A stretch of DNA of 64,000 nt, from NCBI RefSeq assembly GCF_026210795.1, contig NC_089429.1, positions 6,944,001-7,008,000 on the forward strand, written 5' to 3'. The notes beneath the pieces were generated by a model. It ran no database searches and was not told the DNA's origin. It saw nothing but the letters and a program-made list of their open reading frames with translations. The position numbers and the translations under genes were made by a program. Below, piece after piece: positions 37,124 through 51,995 of the stretch; within the stretch, counting starts at the first letter, position 1; every line of letters starts with the position of its first letter. The stretch is from Rhizophagus irregularis. Its lineage: Eukaryota.

Positions 37124-40100
37124 CTAATTACAGTATATAAAATATTATTGTAAATAAACTACAATCTTAAAAAAAAAAAAAAAAGTAAAATAATAAAAAT
37201 AAATGAGTTAGCCTTACTTTCAAATAGCAGAGAAGAATAGGAAACAAGAAATACAAGAGAAAAAAAGATGTAAAGAAAATTTTTTTTTATAAAGTAGTGT
37301 TTTTGGTTCAATTTTAAATTGCATTAAATCAATCTATAAACATAAGAACTTGGTTGATTATCTAACTAATTGCCAGTTAAAATTTTCTTATTGATATTTT
37401 TGTTTTAAAAAAATTAATTCTAAATTTTATTTTCTTATTATTTTGAAAATGGACTTTAAGCAATTTTTTGCACTTTTATTCTATTTTTGCAATGAACTTT
37501 AATAATTGATTATTCACATCTTCAAAAATACTACTTGGTATAGAAATCAAAACAATTACTAAAATAAGTATAGCAGACAGATTTCATATTAATATAAGAC
37601 ATCATGTATTGTAGATCAAGGCCTATCATTATGTTGAATTGATTTTTTTGGTAGATCTTTTGTGTTGATGAACATGGTCTTGCGTATCTTCTAAAATATG
37701 ACCATAATCTTTCTAATGATTTAATTAGAATATATGCATGGGACATTTTTTAAAATTCTATTATATAAACAAAGCAATAATTATTCCAATATTAATGATT
37801 TATTTATTCCTTCCTATATCTATTTCTTCACCATGCAATTTGTAAAATAATTCACATGATTTAAAAATTTCAATGTAGTGATATTTTATATATTCCAGTT
37901 CCCAAAGCTTTGATCAACTCTTTAAAAAATGAATCTTAACTTTTCTGATCATTTTGGTAAGTTTTGTACAGTTGTTAAATCTTGGTCTTATCAGCAGAAA
38001 TGTATAATATATAAAGGAAAAATCATTTTTAAATATGATAAACAAAAAATGATACATGATTCAACATTTAAAAAAAAAAAAAAAATATGATAACCAAAAT
38101 CTTTTATGTCATTATCATAAAATATTTTGCTGTATATATTTAAGATCATAATGAATTAAAGATTCTCTTCCATCCTATTTTTATATTGACTATTTTACTT
38201 ATGTTTCTCTGTAAACATTAAAACTTTTGCTATTTGAACTGTCTAATAACATGAAAGAACCAGTGACTTTTTCAGGAATTTCTGACATTTTAGTGTCTTT
38301 TACAAACATTTTTGTATTTTTTATAGCATCTATAGCAATTTTATAAATTTAATCCCTTTGAGAGAATAAGTCTTTTAGTGAATGTGTATATACTTTTCTA
38401 AAATATATTGAACCTCTAGGTATTTAGATAAAATTGTTCAGTTGATCTAAACTACTTGCATACAAATTTTTAATATAAATATTTAATAAAGCATAATTTT
38501 TGTTAAACTATTTTAATTTGAATAGTTTTATAAGCATTAGAAATAAAATGAATTATAAAACTATTTAAATTTAAAGTTTAATTGTCATGTTTTAATAACA
38601 TGTAATCTCATTAAACTATTTTGATTTATATAGTTTTATAAGAAAAATAATTAATAATCTTTCCAATCATATATTTTAAAAAGAGATAGTTATTCCCATA
38701 AAAATCCTATGATAGCAGATTTTGATGGACATATTATAGCAGATTTAAATACTATTTAGATATCATTTTCATCTACAGCTTAATCAATATGTAAAAGTAG
38801 TATGACTGATTGTTAATTGATTGTGCATTGAGTACAGATTAAATAAAAGACCTTATCAGTGGTTTTTTATTTAATAACCTGTCCAGCAGTTTGTCAAATG
38901 ATGGGTTTGATTTTTATCTCTTGGCATTAAATTACCAATCTGATGATATAAAGCACCTTGAATTCTAAAAGTTTAAACTCCATCTTTAGCATTTGCAAAG
39001 TTCATCATCACTATTGCTTAATTATTTAAAAAGTTTCTGATAAACTTTTAATTTTTCTGTAAGGACTTCAATTGTCTCTTTAGCCATAATATAATAGTGA
39101 AAAAAATATAGGCTAATTAAAATAATAAAGTAATAAAATTAAGACCAAGCAAAAGGTTAAAAGAAAAAAATAAGAAAAAGATAGCTATACACTTTATACT
39201 TTTGTGGTATATCAGGGTACATAATAGTCCAATATTTCTGAAGCTAAACTGTAAGCCTTGGAAATAGCATATTGCTCTTACAAGTCTTTTATTCCTTATT
39301 TATGTTTAGGCTCCAATGTTTCATTATATCTTTCGGAATAAAGTTTATTGAGTTTTTGACCATGTGGTTAAGAACTTAAGATTGTTTCTATTAGAATATG
39401 ATTCTGCAATATCAAGTATTTAATTCTTAAATCTATATAAATCATAAATAAAATTTTAATATTTTATGTTCCTTATGATTATAATCATTTTAAAGCATTA
39501 TCAGCAAGGATTATCTGATCGATTTTCAGAATCATTATTAAGTAGTTTCCAAGGAAACATTTTCCATACAATCATAGTTGAAATTGTGTGGCTTAGGGAT
39601 TAGTACTATCATGAAGATTTCCATTCTATATATATATATAACTTCAGTTTGTAGAATAAAATAAAAAATTTAAGTCAAAAAATCAAAAAATTGTTTGGTA
39701 AATAGTAAAGCATTGTATATTGTCTTTAATGGATTTTTTCCCAATAATTCTTTGGATTAAATTTTATATTGTATAATAATATATTACTACTCACAGGCCA
39801 GTAAAAAGAAAAATAGCTAAAGGAATTCTCAGAAAATCAGAAGCCCATACTAAAAAATAAGAATAATTAAAGAATATAAAATAACTAATATATGAATAAA
39901 GAATAAAATGAAGGAAAAGAAGAAATAAATGCATTTGATTAATAAATATCTACTGTAGATGAAATACATTTCTATTTATACAGATTTCCAAAAAAATAAA
40001 ATTCTTATTCTTTTTAAAAATCAATGTGGATATGCTTTTTAGTTTGGAAGTAAACTTGGAAAGTATTCTGAAAATTTTCCCATTAGGAGGAGTTCATCTT

Positions 40101-43100
40101 GGTCCCAAAGCAAAAGATTGCCAGATTTTTGATAAAAAAGCCAGTGACCCTATATTCAAGTGGTATATTTGGACAGATCCTGAACCCATGTCTATAATAA
40201 AAACAGGTATGGCAAGATGGGGCTGGTTTCTTATTATCTAGCTCAAATTTCAGATTTTTATCATGGATATAAAGACTAAGATGAATGGAATTGATGAGGA
40301 ATGTTAAAAATGGGTTGACTTCTTTTTTCAGAAGTGTGATTCTATATAATTCTACTATCTGCCACTAATCATTCTTTATATACAATGTCTTGTTCGTCAT
40401 TAGATCTTAAATTAATTTGTGAACATATTTATTTAAGTTGTAAAAAAAATTTGAAGTAAAATTTACTAACTAAATGGTATTTATAAATGAGATTTTATAA
40501 GGGAAATACTTGTGTGATATTTTAAAAATAAAATTGATAATTAGCATTGAAATCTCTCCCTCACTTTACAAGAAAAAAAAGATGTCTAGACCAAATAAGG
40601 ATAAATTATATATAGATAGAGTATCTTCAATTAAAGTTAATGCACTGGAGAAAATACAGGGGAGTTATGGCCAATATATAAACTTATATAATTATCTTAT
40701 GAAGATTACTATAAATTCCTTTTTACTAATAAAATATAATATAAAAATATTGAAACTTTGCATAAATAAGAGTGGTTGTATAATTGTATTGGAATCTTTG
40801 AATACTTTTTGAAATATCATAATGGCTATAATTAATAGAGAAAATGAATAAATCTTTAAAAAGTGGTTTACTAGTCTCATTATATAACAACTTTTTATAA
40901 TTTTTGTTAATGAAAGGCATATACTATTCATTATTTTTTTCAATGTTGATAAATAAAAAACATGTCTGATTTCATCTTACTAACACATGAATGATATGAT
41001 CTTAAAATTAACTTATTTCCTTTAACTAATCCATCAGATGCAAAGTGCAAGAGATGAATAAGATCATATGTTATAACAATATTAATAATATAGTAGCCTC
41101 TGAATAATGAATTGGGTACATCTTCAATAAAGATATTTATATTTTCTAATGAAGGATATATTATATAATGAGTTTCTAAAGAAGATTTTTTTTGCCTCAA
41201 TGTGATTAATTTTTTCTTTCTGGATTCACCAGTGAGGCTGGCTTTCTAAACATGTTTTTGGATAAGTTTAACTGATTTCATGTAATATGTAAGATTTATT
41301 TCTCTATTTTTAGAGCACAAACTCCAATAAATACTAAATACTAAATACTAAATTATTAAGCTTTCTCCAGTTTACATCTTTTATAAGTTCAATATAATCC
41401 ATTATTTGCTTCTTATCACAATTTTATTATATAACCTTTTTGTAATGTGCAGATTAATATGAGCACTTAATAACATATAAGAGATTATACTTTTCCTTTA
41501 TATCAGCTAAAGGTGAAAAATCAATATTAATGGGCAAACTGCTTTGGTGAGAAGAGCTTGAAGAGTGTTATTAAGATCCATATAATTAATTTGTCCTGTT
41601 ATTTTATTTATCACCCATAGATGGAAATAGCGTAAAATGCATGCTGGATCTTCATCTTCAAAAGCCATTTTAACTTCAAATATAACATCAACTATTTTTC
41701 TGCCTTGCTATCAATCACTCTTCCAATTCTCTTTTCTTGCTGCAAAGTCTTGTTCTCCAAAATTTCCAGCAGGTAAGTTTAGTTATTTCATGTATTTCTT
41801 ACCTATAAAAAATATTCCAAGAAAAATTTTGGCAAATGATCATTTTTTGTTTTAATCAATTTTCAAAAAAAATTTTTATAGGGCTTTGATATCCTTAATG
41901 ATTACCATCTTATGGGCTTACATCTTGAGAGAATTTATGATGTTTTCCTGATATATGTTTTATTCTCAAAATTGATATATAGTTCAGTTATTAAATTATT
42001 GCAACCACTTGTGCAATTAGAATTTCTTCAATTTCTGAAAGTTCTATGAGCTCTTATCCTAAATGGTAATAATAAAGCTTTGCTACCCCATAAAAATTTT
42101 TCTGTGAAAAGGATCATTTTTTTAGTTTTGATCAATTTTCCAAAAAATTTTTTATAGGGCTATAGTGTGATTTGATTCTATGTCCAGTCAGATCCTTTCA
42201 TCCAATCAACCATGTTGTTGAATAAAAGAGTTGTCCTCATTGTTTTTATTTGTTTTATTAATAAAAATATTTAGAGGTTTAAATCTATAATCAAATTCTA
42301 ATATTAACTTTGTATAATTTGATTTTGCTGAATTGTGAAATCTGTTGATGTAGTTAATGTTATATTAAAACCACATTTTTAGTCTTTACTCAATGATTCT
42401 TCTTCATGTTAATAACAATAAAAATCATGTTTAAATTAACATATTTACTATATGCCTTCATAGTTAGAAGAAGAACATGCTTATTATCATACTGTCATTC
42501 ATTTAAACATTAATAAAAGGTATGTTTGAATTAATAATGTATGTTCATTAATGTCAATATTAAATGGAGTTAGCACTTTGGCATTAATATATCTGTTTGA
42601 GATTTGGATGTTTGAGAATTTGAACATATTATATAGAATTTCTTTATGATTTTTTTTAATTTCTACTATTTGAATTTGTTGATATTGAAATATGTAGATT
42701 TAGGGCTGAAATATTTGATACTATGATTCAAATTGATTTGTTTCGCATTATATCATTTAGATATTAAAGTTATTATAATCGTTTGTGAATACAATAATAT
42801 ACAGCTTCATCTGTATTCTAATCTTCAAATATTGCATATAATTTACAAGTTGATATATATTTTTTTCATAAAAAATTATCCATTGGATTCTGAATGTACT
42901 TCTGCAATATTCTTATGCATATTGCTAAATGATAGTTCATTATAATACAAGCTTTTTGTTCTAGTTAATAATGATTGCATGATAATTACATTGTGGTATG
43001 TTGATTAATGAAGGAAAAGATCTTTTTGAAAATGGAAATATTGACATGATCATATGCTTTGTTCAAGAGTCAATTGTCCCATGATGCCTGCCCAATTATT

Positions 43101-43699
43101 AGGTTATAAAATTTCTAAGTTCTATCTAATGTATTTTGTACTGTTCATTTATTGTAAATTTACTGAGATCTTGCTAGGATTCGTAGTAAGTGTGTACCAT
43201 AAGGATTTTTTTGCACTCATTTAAATATGGTATGAGGATATTATAACCAGTAGGGTTCTTGTATATTAACTAAACACATAATGAACTGATTTTCATTTCA
43301 TGTTTTCATATATTGTATGTGTTCATAAAAGACTTTAGCAAATAATTTCGTTATTTTCATTGTTAATTATTTTACAATTTTAAACATACAGTATGAGTAT
43401 ACTTGTGGATTGTAATTTATTAATCTCAAAGAATATTAAATAGATTGATATACAGGAAGTTTTGTGTTGAACACTAAATGTTTGGTTTATAAATTAAATA
43501 TTGAATTTAAACTATGTATGTATTGTTTTGTTTATCTATTTATTGATACAGATATCAGGTGTACAATAAAAACAACACTACTAATTATTTAAGAATTATT
43601 ATCATTGTGTTATCAGATTATAATAGTAGATCATGTGATTTTATAGTTAAGGATGAAAAATGTGGATAGAAATAAAATACTTAGGAAGAAAAGAATGTC

Positions 43700-44190
43700 C
43701 AATTTATATCAAAATTAGTATTGGTTTGTGTCATGTATTTTTAATCATTCAGTGACACCAGTGACATCAAAAGAATTTTGCTACATATAACAACATTAAA
43801 GCCAAAGAATTATTGTAAAATAAAGTCATAGCCACAAAATCACAATTCAATTTTTATTTTATAATTTATGTTGCTAAAAAAAAGCTTAAATTAGTATTGG
43901 GTTGTGTTACATATTTTAGAATTTTGCCACATATAACAACATCAAAGCCAAAGAATTATTCTTAAATAAACCATAGCCACAAATTCAATTTTTATTTTAT
44001 AATTTATGTTGCTAAAAAAAAAGCTTAAATTAGTATTTGTTTGCGTCACATATTTTTAATCATTCGGTGACACCAGTGACTAAAAGAATTTTGCACCAAA
44101 GAATTAATGTAAAATAAAACCATAGCCACAAATTACAATTAAATTTTTTCTATCAATTGTAATCAAAATTATTTTATAATTTATGTTACT
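43700..44190. repeat. ~150-bp degenerate tandem repeat (3 copies)
   Basis: AATTAGTATT...CAAAGAATTA...CATAGCCACAAA...ATAATTTATGTT recurs. Confidence 0.75.
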
Positions 44191-46304
44191 AAAAAAAAAA
44201 AAAGATTTGTTAAAGCCTTATAAATTGAGCTTTAATTAATAATCATATTAACTTTATTTCAGTAAAAATAATCAAATAATCATGTAATAGTGCTATTTTA
44301 ATATAAATCAAAATCAAAAATCAAAGCTACCTATCCTTCTAAGCTCCTTCAAGCACAGCAACCAACAGCAATTATACTATCCAGTAAAGACTGGTGCTAC
44401 ATTTATAAACAATAAAAAAAAATAAATAAGATAAAAATAGAATAAAATTCGTGATACCTGGATAAATAAGATAAATAGATGGTGCAAAATTTTATCACTC
44501 CGGACCCATAATGGTTTCCGTTTCCTAGTAAATTATAAAAACACTTTTGAAAATTATGTCAACTATTTAAGAGAAATAATTCAAGCAGTTAATAAAGCAT
44601 ATACAACAATTGATTTTAATATTCACAAAGATATTAAAGATGTTCATAAACAATATGAATTTATACAACAATCAATTATTACTGATCATTTCTTACAGAG
44701 GGAGAAAAAACTGAAGCAATAGATTAAGTAATAAGGCTTATGACCAATGCAAAATAAATTTTTTTATAATTCAGGAATAAGAAAATTTTGTGAAAATTGT
44801 AACTAAAAATGTTTAGCTACATTATATTGTGAATATTAAGTTCAAAGTTATTTAAAAGAGGAGATTAGTATTATAAAATGTAAAATATATGGAATGTGAT
44901 TTTGAACTATTCATTTCTAATAAAATCATGGCATCTAAATTTATAAAAATTTTTTAATTTTATCATATCCTCAGAATTGTTATTTTGTGCAGCAGTGAAA
45001 TTTAAATTTATTAGGGGATGTTTTTATGTAAATTATATGAAAAATTTTATATAAAAATTTATATACATTTCAAACAAATTTTATAGTTTTATATAAGTAT
45101 TATTTAATATTATAAATTATAAATTAAGTAATGTATTTATACAATATTTTATAGTTAAACTATTTTAAACAAAGGATTAACACTGAAATTATAATCTATT
45201 TTGATGTACTCAAACTATTGATTTTTGTTCGTTCTTATTTGATTTTATTTTTTTGGATTATGTTTATTTTCCTTAATAGAAATATGACTTTTAAAATAAC
45301 TATCATTATAAATAATTTTTAAAAATTTTAAGAAAAGGATGGTTATATAATGTGATTGCAAGATATTCATGTTTTGGGCTAGCTTAGATTTAGATTGAAA
45401 CATTAGTTTGTAAATTTTTCATGTTTTAATATAAAATGTTAGTATAATTTTTATAAATAACTAGTATTAAAGCCAATAGTTTGCTCATTATTGATTATAT
45501 AACTTCTAGTTATCCAAAAATAATATAAATCCATTATTTAGGTTTGCATAGCATTCCAATAGCATTCCTTAATAAGCTGATTCTTTACAAGGGTTATTTG
45601 TTCATTAAGATCCTTAGTACAGCATCTAGGTTTTAGATATTTTTTTTCCTGCTGTTTATGATAAAATTATTTAGGACTCATCTAGATAAGCCTATTTTGA
45701 GGCTTAATTTCGGATCTATTCTTCAAAAATTTTCAGCCATACCATCTATCTGCGCAAATCCCTTAATATACATTATAATGCTGGCCAGAAGCATGTGATT
45801 AATAAAAAAAATAAATTTGATATCTAATATTGAGTTATATGCAAGTCAAAGGAAAATGATTTCATAATGAAATTTCTAATTTTTAATTATGGGCTTATTA
45901 ATAATTGGTCACACAAAGATGGTGTATGGTGATCCTTTGTTATTCACCATAATCTTTCTTTTCCATATAATATTTCATTATAACAACTTACAAGATTTCT
46001 AATCACTTTTTGGAGGCCAATGCTAGAGTGGGTTTTCATTGAATCATAATTTAAGGAATTAATGAAATTATCTTTTTATTAATTGATTGTGTTGATTTCG
46101 GTTTTATTAATAGGAGTCTAAAACATGAATTATGTGAATATAGTAAATACATTGCAAAATATTATAGTTAATTGAAATTAAAAAAAAATTAGCAATTCTC
46201 ATTCATATGTATATTAAATCATTAAGAAAATTTATTTAACCGAATAATTTTGAGTAAATTAGGAAAATAGGAAATCCGTGTAATTTAACAATTTTATTAA
46301 CTCA

Positions 46305-46432
46305 GGGTTACGGTACATTTTGCCGAAAGGACGTTTTGCCAAAAAATAGGGCCAACATTATGCAGAATATAAATAACTCAGGCCAGAGATTATTTTTCAG
46401 CGAAATGGCTTTCAGCGAAATGTCCTGATACC
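46305..46432. mobile_element. Short TIR element with TTT(T/C)GCCGAA repeats (related sequence at 61281-61706)
   Basis: GG...CC termini and inverted TTTTGCCGAAA / TTCAGCGAAA motifs; no clear TSD. Confidence 0.5.
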
Positions 46433-48229
46433 AATTTTCTATATGTTCTATTATCAGATTTAGTCCCTGTAAAAAATGTGATCCATGTTCATATTTCCAT
46501 GATTTTTCCGTGAATGTATCATTTTCACAGAATTTTTATGAAAGTTAGAGAAATGATGGACTATATAACTAAAAAAAATTGTCTGACGTTTGGATTAATC
46601 TCCGTATAAATAATTTAAATTGTGTAACTTGAAATCCATATAATTAAAACCTGTGACATGCCTCCACAAAAACTATTCGATCCAACGATCCGTATACATG
46701 CCAATCAACTAATCCAATTTCAGTTAATAAAATTTTACCTTAATCGGAATTTTTTTTTTTTGATTAATAAATTTTTTGTCTGATTTTTTCTTTCCTTTTT
46801 CTTCTTTCAGTTTAGTTTTTTTTTAACCGAAAAATTTGTTTTTTCTCATTCTTTTCCCGTTTAGGTTTAATTTTTTTCCCAAGCTGAAAAATATTTTTTT
46901 TTATTAAACAATCCCTATTATTTTTTTTCGATCTTTTTTTTTTAGACCATATTGTTATTTTTCTTTAAAAAAAAATTTTTTTTTAGATCGAATTATTGTC
47001 CTTTTTTTTCAGAATTTTTTTTCGTACTTATTTTTTATTTTCGGATTCCTTTTTTTTAAAAAATTTCCCTTTTTTTTACACTGATTTCTTTCTTTATCCT
47101 TTTTCTTCCCCCAAATTTTTTTTAAATTTTTTTTTCTTTTTCTTTCAATTTTTCTTTTATTATTAAATAAAAAATAAAATATTATATTAAATATATTTAT
47201 ATATTTACAAAAGTATTATTTTTTTAAAAAAAAATCAATATAACATATAGGAAAATTGACCGATGTTGGTAGATAGATGAGTAAGATTTTTTCAATTAAA
47301 TTGGATAAATAGTTTGATTTTCAAATTCATAAAAATATAAAAAAAAATTGATATTTTTACATACTTTATAATTAATTGAAGAAATTGTTGATTTAATAAT
47401 AAATTATTATAACCAAATTCATATCTGAAATTCTCTAAATAATCACCAGATTTTTGAATAAATATTTTAATTCTAATGGTTTAGTTAAATTAATAATTTA
47501 TTGAGTAAAATGAGTAGTATCAAAAGAATAATAATAAATGAAATGATCAAATATTTTTCCTAAGTTGGTTATAAGTTAAAGATTGACGTAATATAAAATA
47601 AGAAATAATTATAAATTTATAATCAATTTATAAAGGTATTTGTAGTATTTTCATAATATTAAGGTTTTTCAAAAATACTTCTAAAAAATTAATCAAATAA
47701 ATGAGGGTGAATGAAAAATAGGGAGAGTAAAGGAAATAAAAGAAATGAAGGGGAGTGAGGGAGGAAAATAAAAGAAGAAAAAGTTAGTAGGGAACGGAAA
47801 TTACATGTAATAAATAAACAAAAATAAAAAAATAAAAAACATACCTTAGTAGTTGCAAAGAAGAACCGAAAGACCTAAAAAGAATGAAATACAAAATGTA
47901 ATAAATGAAATATTAAGAATTGAATGAAAAATAACTAAGAAAAAGAAACGACCATATAGTGCTGGTCATATCTTAATTGCAAAATTGAAAGAGCCAAAGG
48001 ACCTAAAAAAAATGAGATAAAGTTAGTAAGAACAAAATTGCAAGAAGCAAAAATGAAAAAAAAGAAAGAAAACGTATCTTGAGTGCCGTACAAAGGAGTG
48101 AAAAGGACCTAAAGAAAAAAAGATTATCCAAGTACGTTTAAAAAGTTTAAAAAAAAAAATAAATAATGAGGTGATATCATATAGGTTAGGTGAAAAATTG
48201 TTAAATCGCCCAAGGTGAAAATTAGTTAT

Positions 48230-50158
48230 CAGTCACTGGAAATGTCTCAAAAAAAGAAGGCAAATTTTATTCATTAATGTTGACAAAAAAAATTTTGCAA
48301 TATAATACTCTCATTAAATATATAGTATATGTATATAATTAAAGTTGGCCAAAATTAATTAAATTGGATTTAATCATATGGGCCGATCCGACTCATTTCA
48401 TTAATTAATAATCAGGTGATATAATTGAGGAATATATATGAAATTTGTGAAGATCTGCAAATAAAATAAACTTAGATAAGCTTTCTACAAAAAAACAATA
48501 TGGTGGGGAATCGTCGGGAATCGTTTTCCTATTGGATGTTGTAAATATGTGACATATTAAAGTTAGTATAATGTGCTCTATTTTTATAACATTATTTGCA
48601 CATTATTACGTTTATTAAGGCATTTTAAACAGCAGTTTACGCTGTAAAACTTTTTTTAAATATATTAATAGGTTTATTTTTATTTTTTAGGCATTATTGT
48701 TTAATAATTATTGTAATTATTGTATATTATATGTATTTATATAATAAACAGCATATTTTTAAGGGTTATTCTTTATTTTTGATGGTATTTTATAATGGTT
48801 TTATTACATAAAAGAAGCGTTCAAAATATTTTTTTGATTTTTTTTTCGCTTGTTACACTAAATTCAATTGGTTCAATATTGTCACACTTATTCTCATGTG
48901 ACATTTGGTTGGTGAGTCGGATTAGCCCATATGTTTGCAAATCAATAATTCGTCGGTTTAAATTTTTTAAAAAAATTAAACTTATTGACCACTTCTACAA
49001 TCTTATTAAAAAAAATATTCATATACTCTTTATTATTCAACTTGGATCTTTGCTTAAAGTTAATGTATTGTTTATATTAAAAATAAAAAAAAATAAAGGA
49101 TCGGAAATCAGTACTATTACGAATAATGCCAATTTCTCCATGAGTATAAATCAAAAATTTGTTAAAATTAATATATAAGTAGATTCGACCTTGCCGAACA
49201 TCTTTCACTTAATTCACAAGGGCGAATTACTTAGAACCAAAGTGTTAAATTTACGCCCTGAAGTTACAGATTGGGTGTATAAAACATAAACAATAATTGC
49301 TCCATATGTGTTGATTAAAAATTCGCGAAAATCGAGATATAAGTAGTTTCGACCTTGCTGAACAATATTTACTTAATTTACAATAGCGATTCACTTAAGA
49401 CCAAAGTGCCAAAATTGCGCCCTAAGGTTATTGATCGGGTGTAAAAAATTCAAAGATCGAAAATTAGTATCGTTACAATAAATGCCAATTGCGCCATGAG
49501 TGTAAAATAAAAATTCATGAAAATTGATAAACATGTAGTCTCGTCCTTGCTGAACAATTTTCACTTATTTTACAAAGTCGATTTACTTAGGACTAAAATG
49601 CTGAAAATATGCTCTGAAGTTGCTAAACGAAATTTAAAATTAGTTTTATTACAAAAATTAAAATAGCTATGCAAGTATTAATTAAAAACTTACAAAATTT
49701 GAGTTTCCAGTAGTTTCGACCTTGCTGAACAATTATCACTTAATACATAAAATTGATTTACTTATAGCCAAAGTACTAAAATTACGCCATAAAATTTGTA
49801 TATATTTCTAAAGATATTACAAATTTGTATTTTTTTATTTTATGCAAAAACTATCTGAATAACCACCATTATAAGCTTAGAAAATCTTTTTCTACCCGTA
49901 AAATTACATATATTTTTGCTTTTAAATATGAATATTTCTTTATATTTCAACTTAGATCTTGAAAAAAGTGTGTTTTTTAAGTGAGTTTTTTGTGGGATAT
50001 AAAAAAAAAATTTATTATTAAAAATCCGAAAGTAAGGATAGAAATAAGTATAGTACACTTAAAATTCATGTCTAACTATTAAATAAAGTAATCTGATTAA
50101 TGTTACACAAAATTCGTTTAATATGAAAATGATCTGCATACGACATTTCCAGTGACTG
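48230..50158. mobile_element. Non-autonomous DNA transposon, 17-bp TIR, TTAT TSD
   Basis: CAGTCACTGGAAATGTC / GACATTTCCAGTGACTG perfect TIR, TTAT on both sides; four internal ~160-190-bp repeats (49090-49800). Confidence 0.9.
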
Positions 50159-50270
50159 TTATAATCTTCCGAATTTCATTCTACACTCAAACATCAAATC
50201 ATTATTGCCGTTTTCAAAATTACTGACAAATTTTGATTTGCGAGGTTTGATATATGATTTTTCGTATAAC

Positions 50271-50605
50271 AAAAGTAAATCACATTTTTACGCGAATTTT
50301 TAATATTTTCATGTCAAATTTTTTTTGTAAATCATCAAATTCAAGATAAAATGTGTATCAACGTAAAATTTCAGTATATATTTAATATAAAAATTTTGGA
50401 CTTTTACTATGCAGATATCATTTATTATAGTCATTTATATATAAAAATAAAGTGAATCACATTTTTACGCGAATTTTTAATATTTTCATGTCAAATTTTT
50501 TTTGTGAATCATTAAATTCGAAACAAAATGAGTATCAGTGCAAAATTTCAGCATATATTTCATATAAAAATTTTGGACTTTTACTATGTTAATATTATTT
50601 ATTGC
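50271..50605. repeat. ~180-bp tandem duplication
   Basis: AATCACATTTTTACGCGAATTTTTAATATTTTCATGTC...GGACTTTTACTATG occurs twice. Confidence 0.85.
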
Positions 50606-50800
50606 AATTACGTTGTGCCAAGTAACTGTTTATCAGGCTTACGTAATAGGTATTTTTTATACAACTTAGTAACTGGTTGTACTAACATAAATCACCAATT
50701 AGTAAATGCCTGTTGCAAAATGAGGAAATTAGTTACTTTATTGGAAATTTGGATATTCATGAGCATATTTTTGTATTATATCCTTTATAATTATAATAAT

Positions 50801-51409
50801 TATTTCCTTAATTGCCGATCCGCCTAAAATCGGCACTGCGTTACTAATAAAATTCGGGGTTAAATTTGCCAATTTTGTGCTAGAACACAAACTTCAAAAA
50901 AGGATATCTCATAGATGACATATTGACTATAAAAAAAAATCATATGATATACTGAAAAAATACTTGAAAAAAACGAATTTGCAAAAAAAAAGTTATACAT
51001 TCGTATGCAAAATAATGAGTTTACTATGCGCGCACGTCAGATTTACACTTTAAAATATACGAAATTTCAATATTTCATTTTACTATATTGCATTATTTAC
51101 AATAAAAACCTATAATTTTTAGCTTCTAAAGTTGTTTTTAAAAGCTTTTTTGAAATATTTTTATTATTAAAAACAAGTGAAAGTTGAAGAAAACCAGTTA
51201 CAGAAATATAATTATAAAATTTTTTGGCAAATATGACTTGTCATAAAATGAAAGAAAATATTGTTTTTATGATATTTCTGTTTGTAAAATGGGTGAAACT
51301 TATTTCGCGCGTGAGATGCAAAAAATTCTTTTTTTTATTATCGCTATTATCCCCGAATTTTATTAGTAATGCAGTGCCGTTTTTAGGCAGATCGGCAATT
51401 AAGGGAATA
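50801..51409. mobile_element. MITE with ~60-bp TIRs
   Basis: CCTTAATTGCCGATCCGCCTAAAATCGGCACTGCGTTACTAATAAAATTCGGGG and its near-perfect reverse complement. Confidence 0.9.
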
Positions 51410-51995
51410 AAATTTGTGTGTTAAATAATGAATTAATATCTACGTAATTTCATTAATTGATAATTCTTTTTAATGAGGTTCTTCATGAGCTTAAAATTCA
51501 TATCACATTAAATAATGTCAAATTTTATTATTATGAAAAGTAAATCATTTATTTATCTTATTATAAAATTATAAAATGTTAATTGCGTAATTTAGTATCT
51601 TTTAATTTATTTAATAGTAATCCTGGATAGTATTTATTATTAAATGTTGTTTCATTTTCCATAAATAACTAAAATATTTAAAACACTTAATTATTATATA
51701 GTATATCAACTTATTTTTAATAACTTGAAATACTTCATAATCATTCGCATTGAAATTGAATAAGTATGTGGTTTACATACCCAGTTAGTATCATTATTAT
51801 AACACACTAAGTCATGGCCACCACCAAATGTTGGCCCATAACTGCAGTTTGGAGGTTATTTCAATCTGCAAATGAGAAAATAAAACTATCTTTTGTTGAT
51901 TTATAACCATTCGTCAGTTCCCAATCCAATGGATTATATCCTCCAACTATTTGTTTCGAATTTTCAATTTTTACTAAAATTATAGTAGATCTTTA

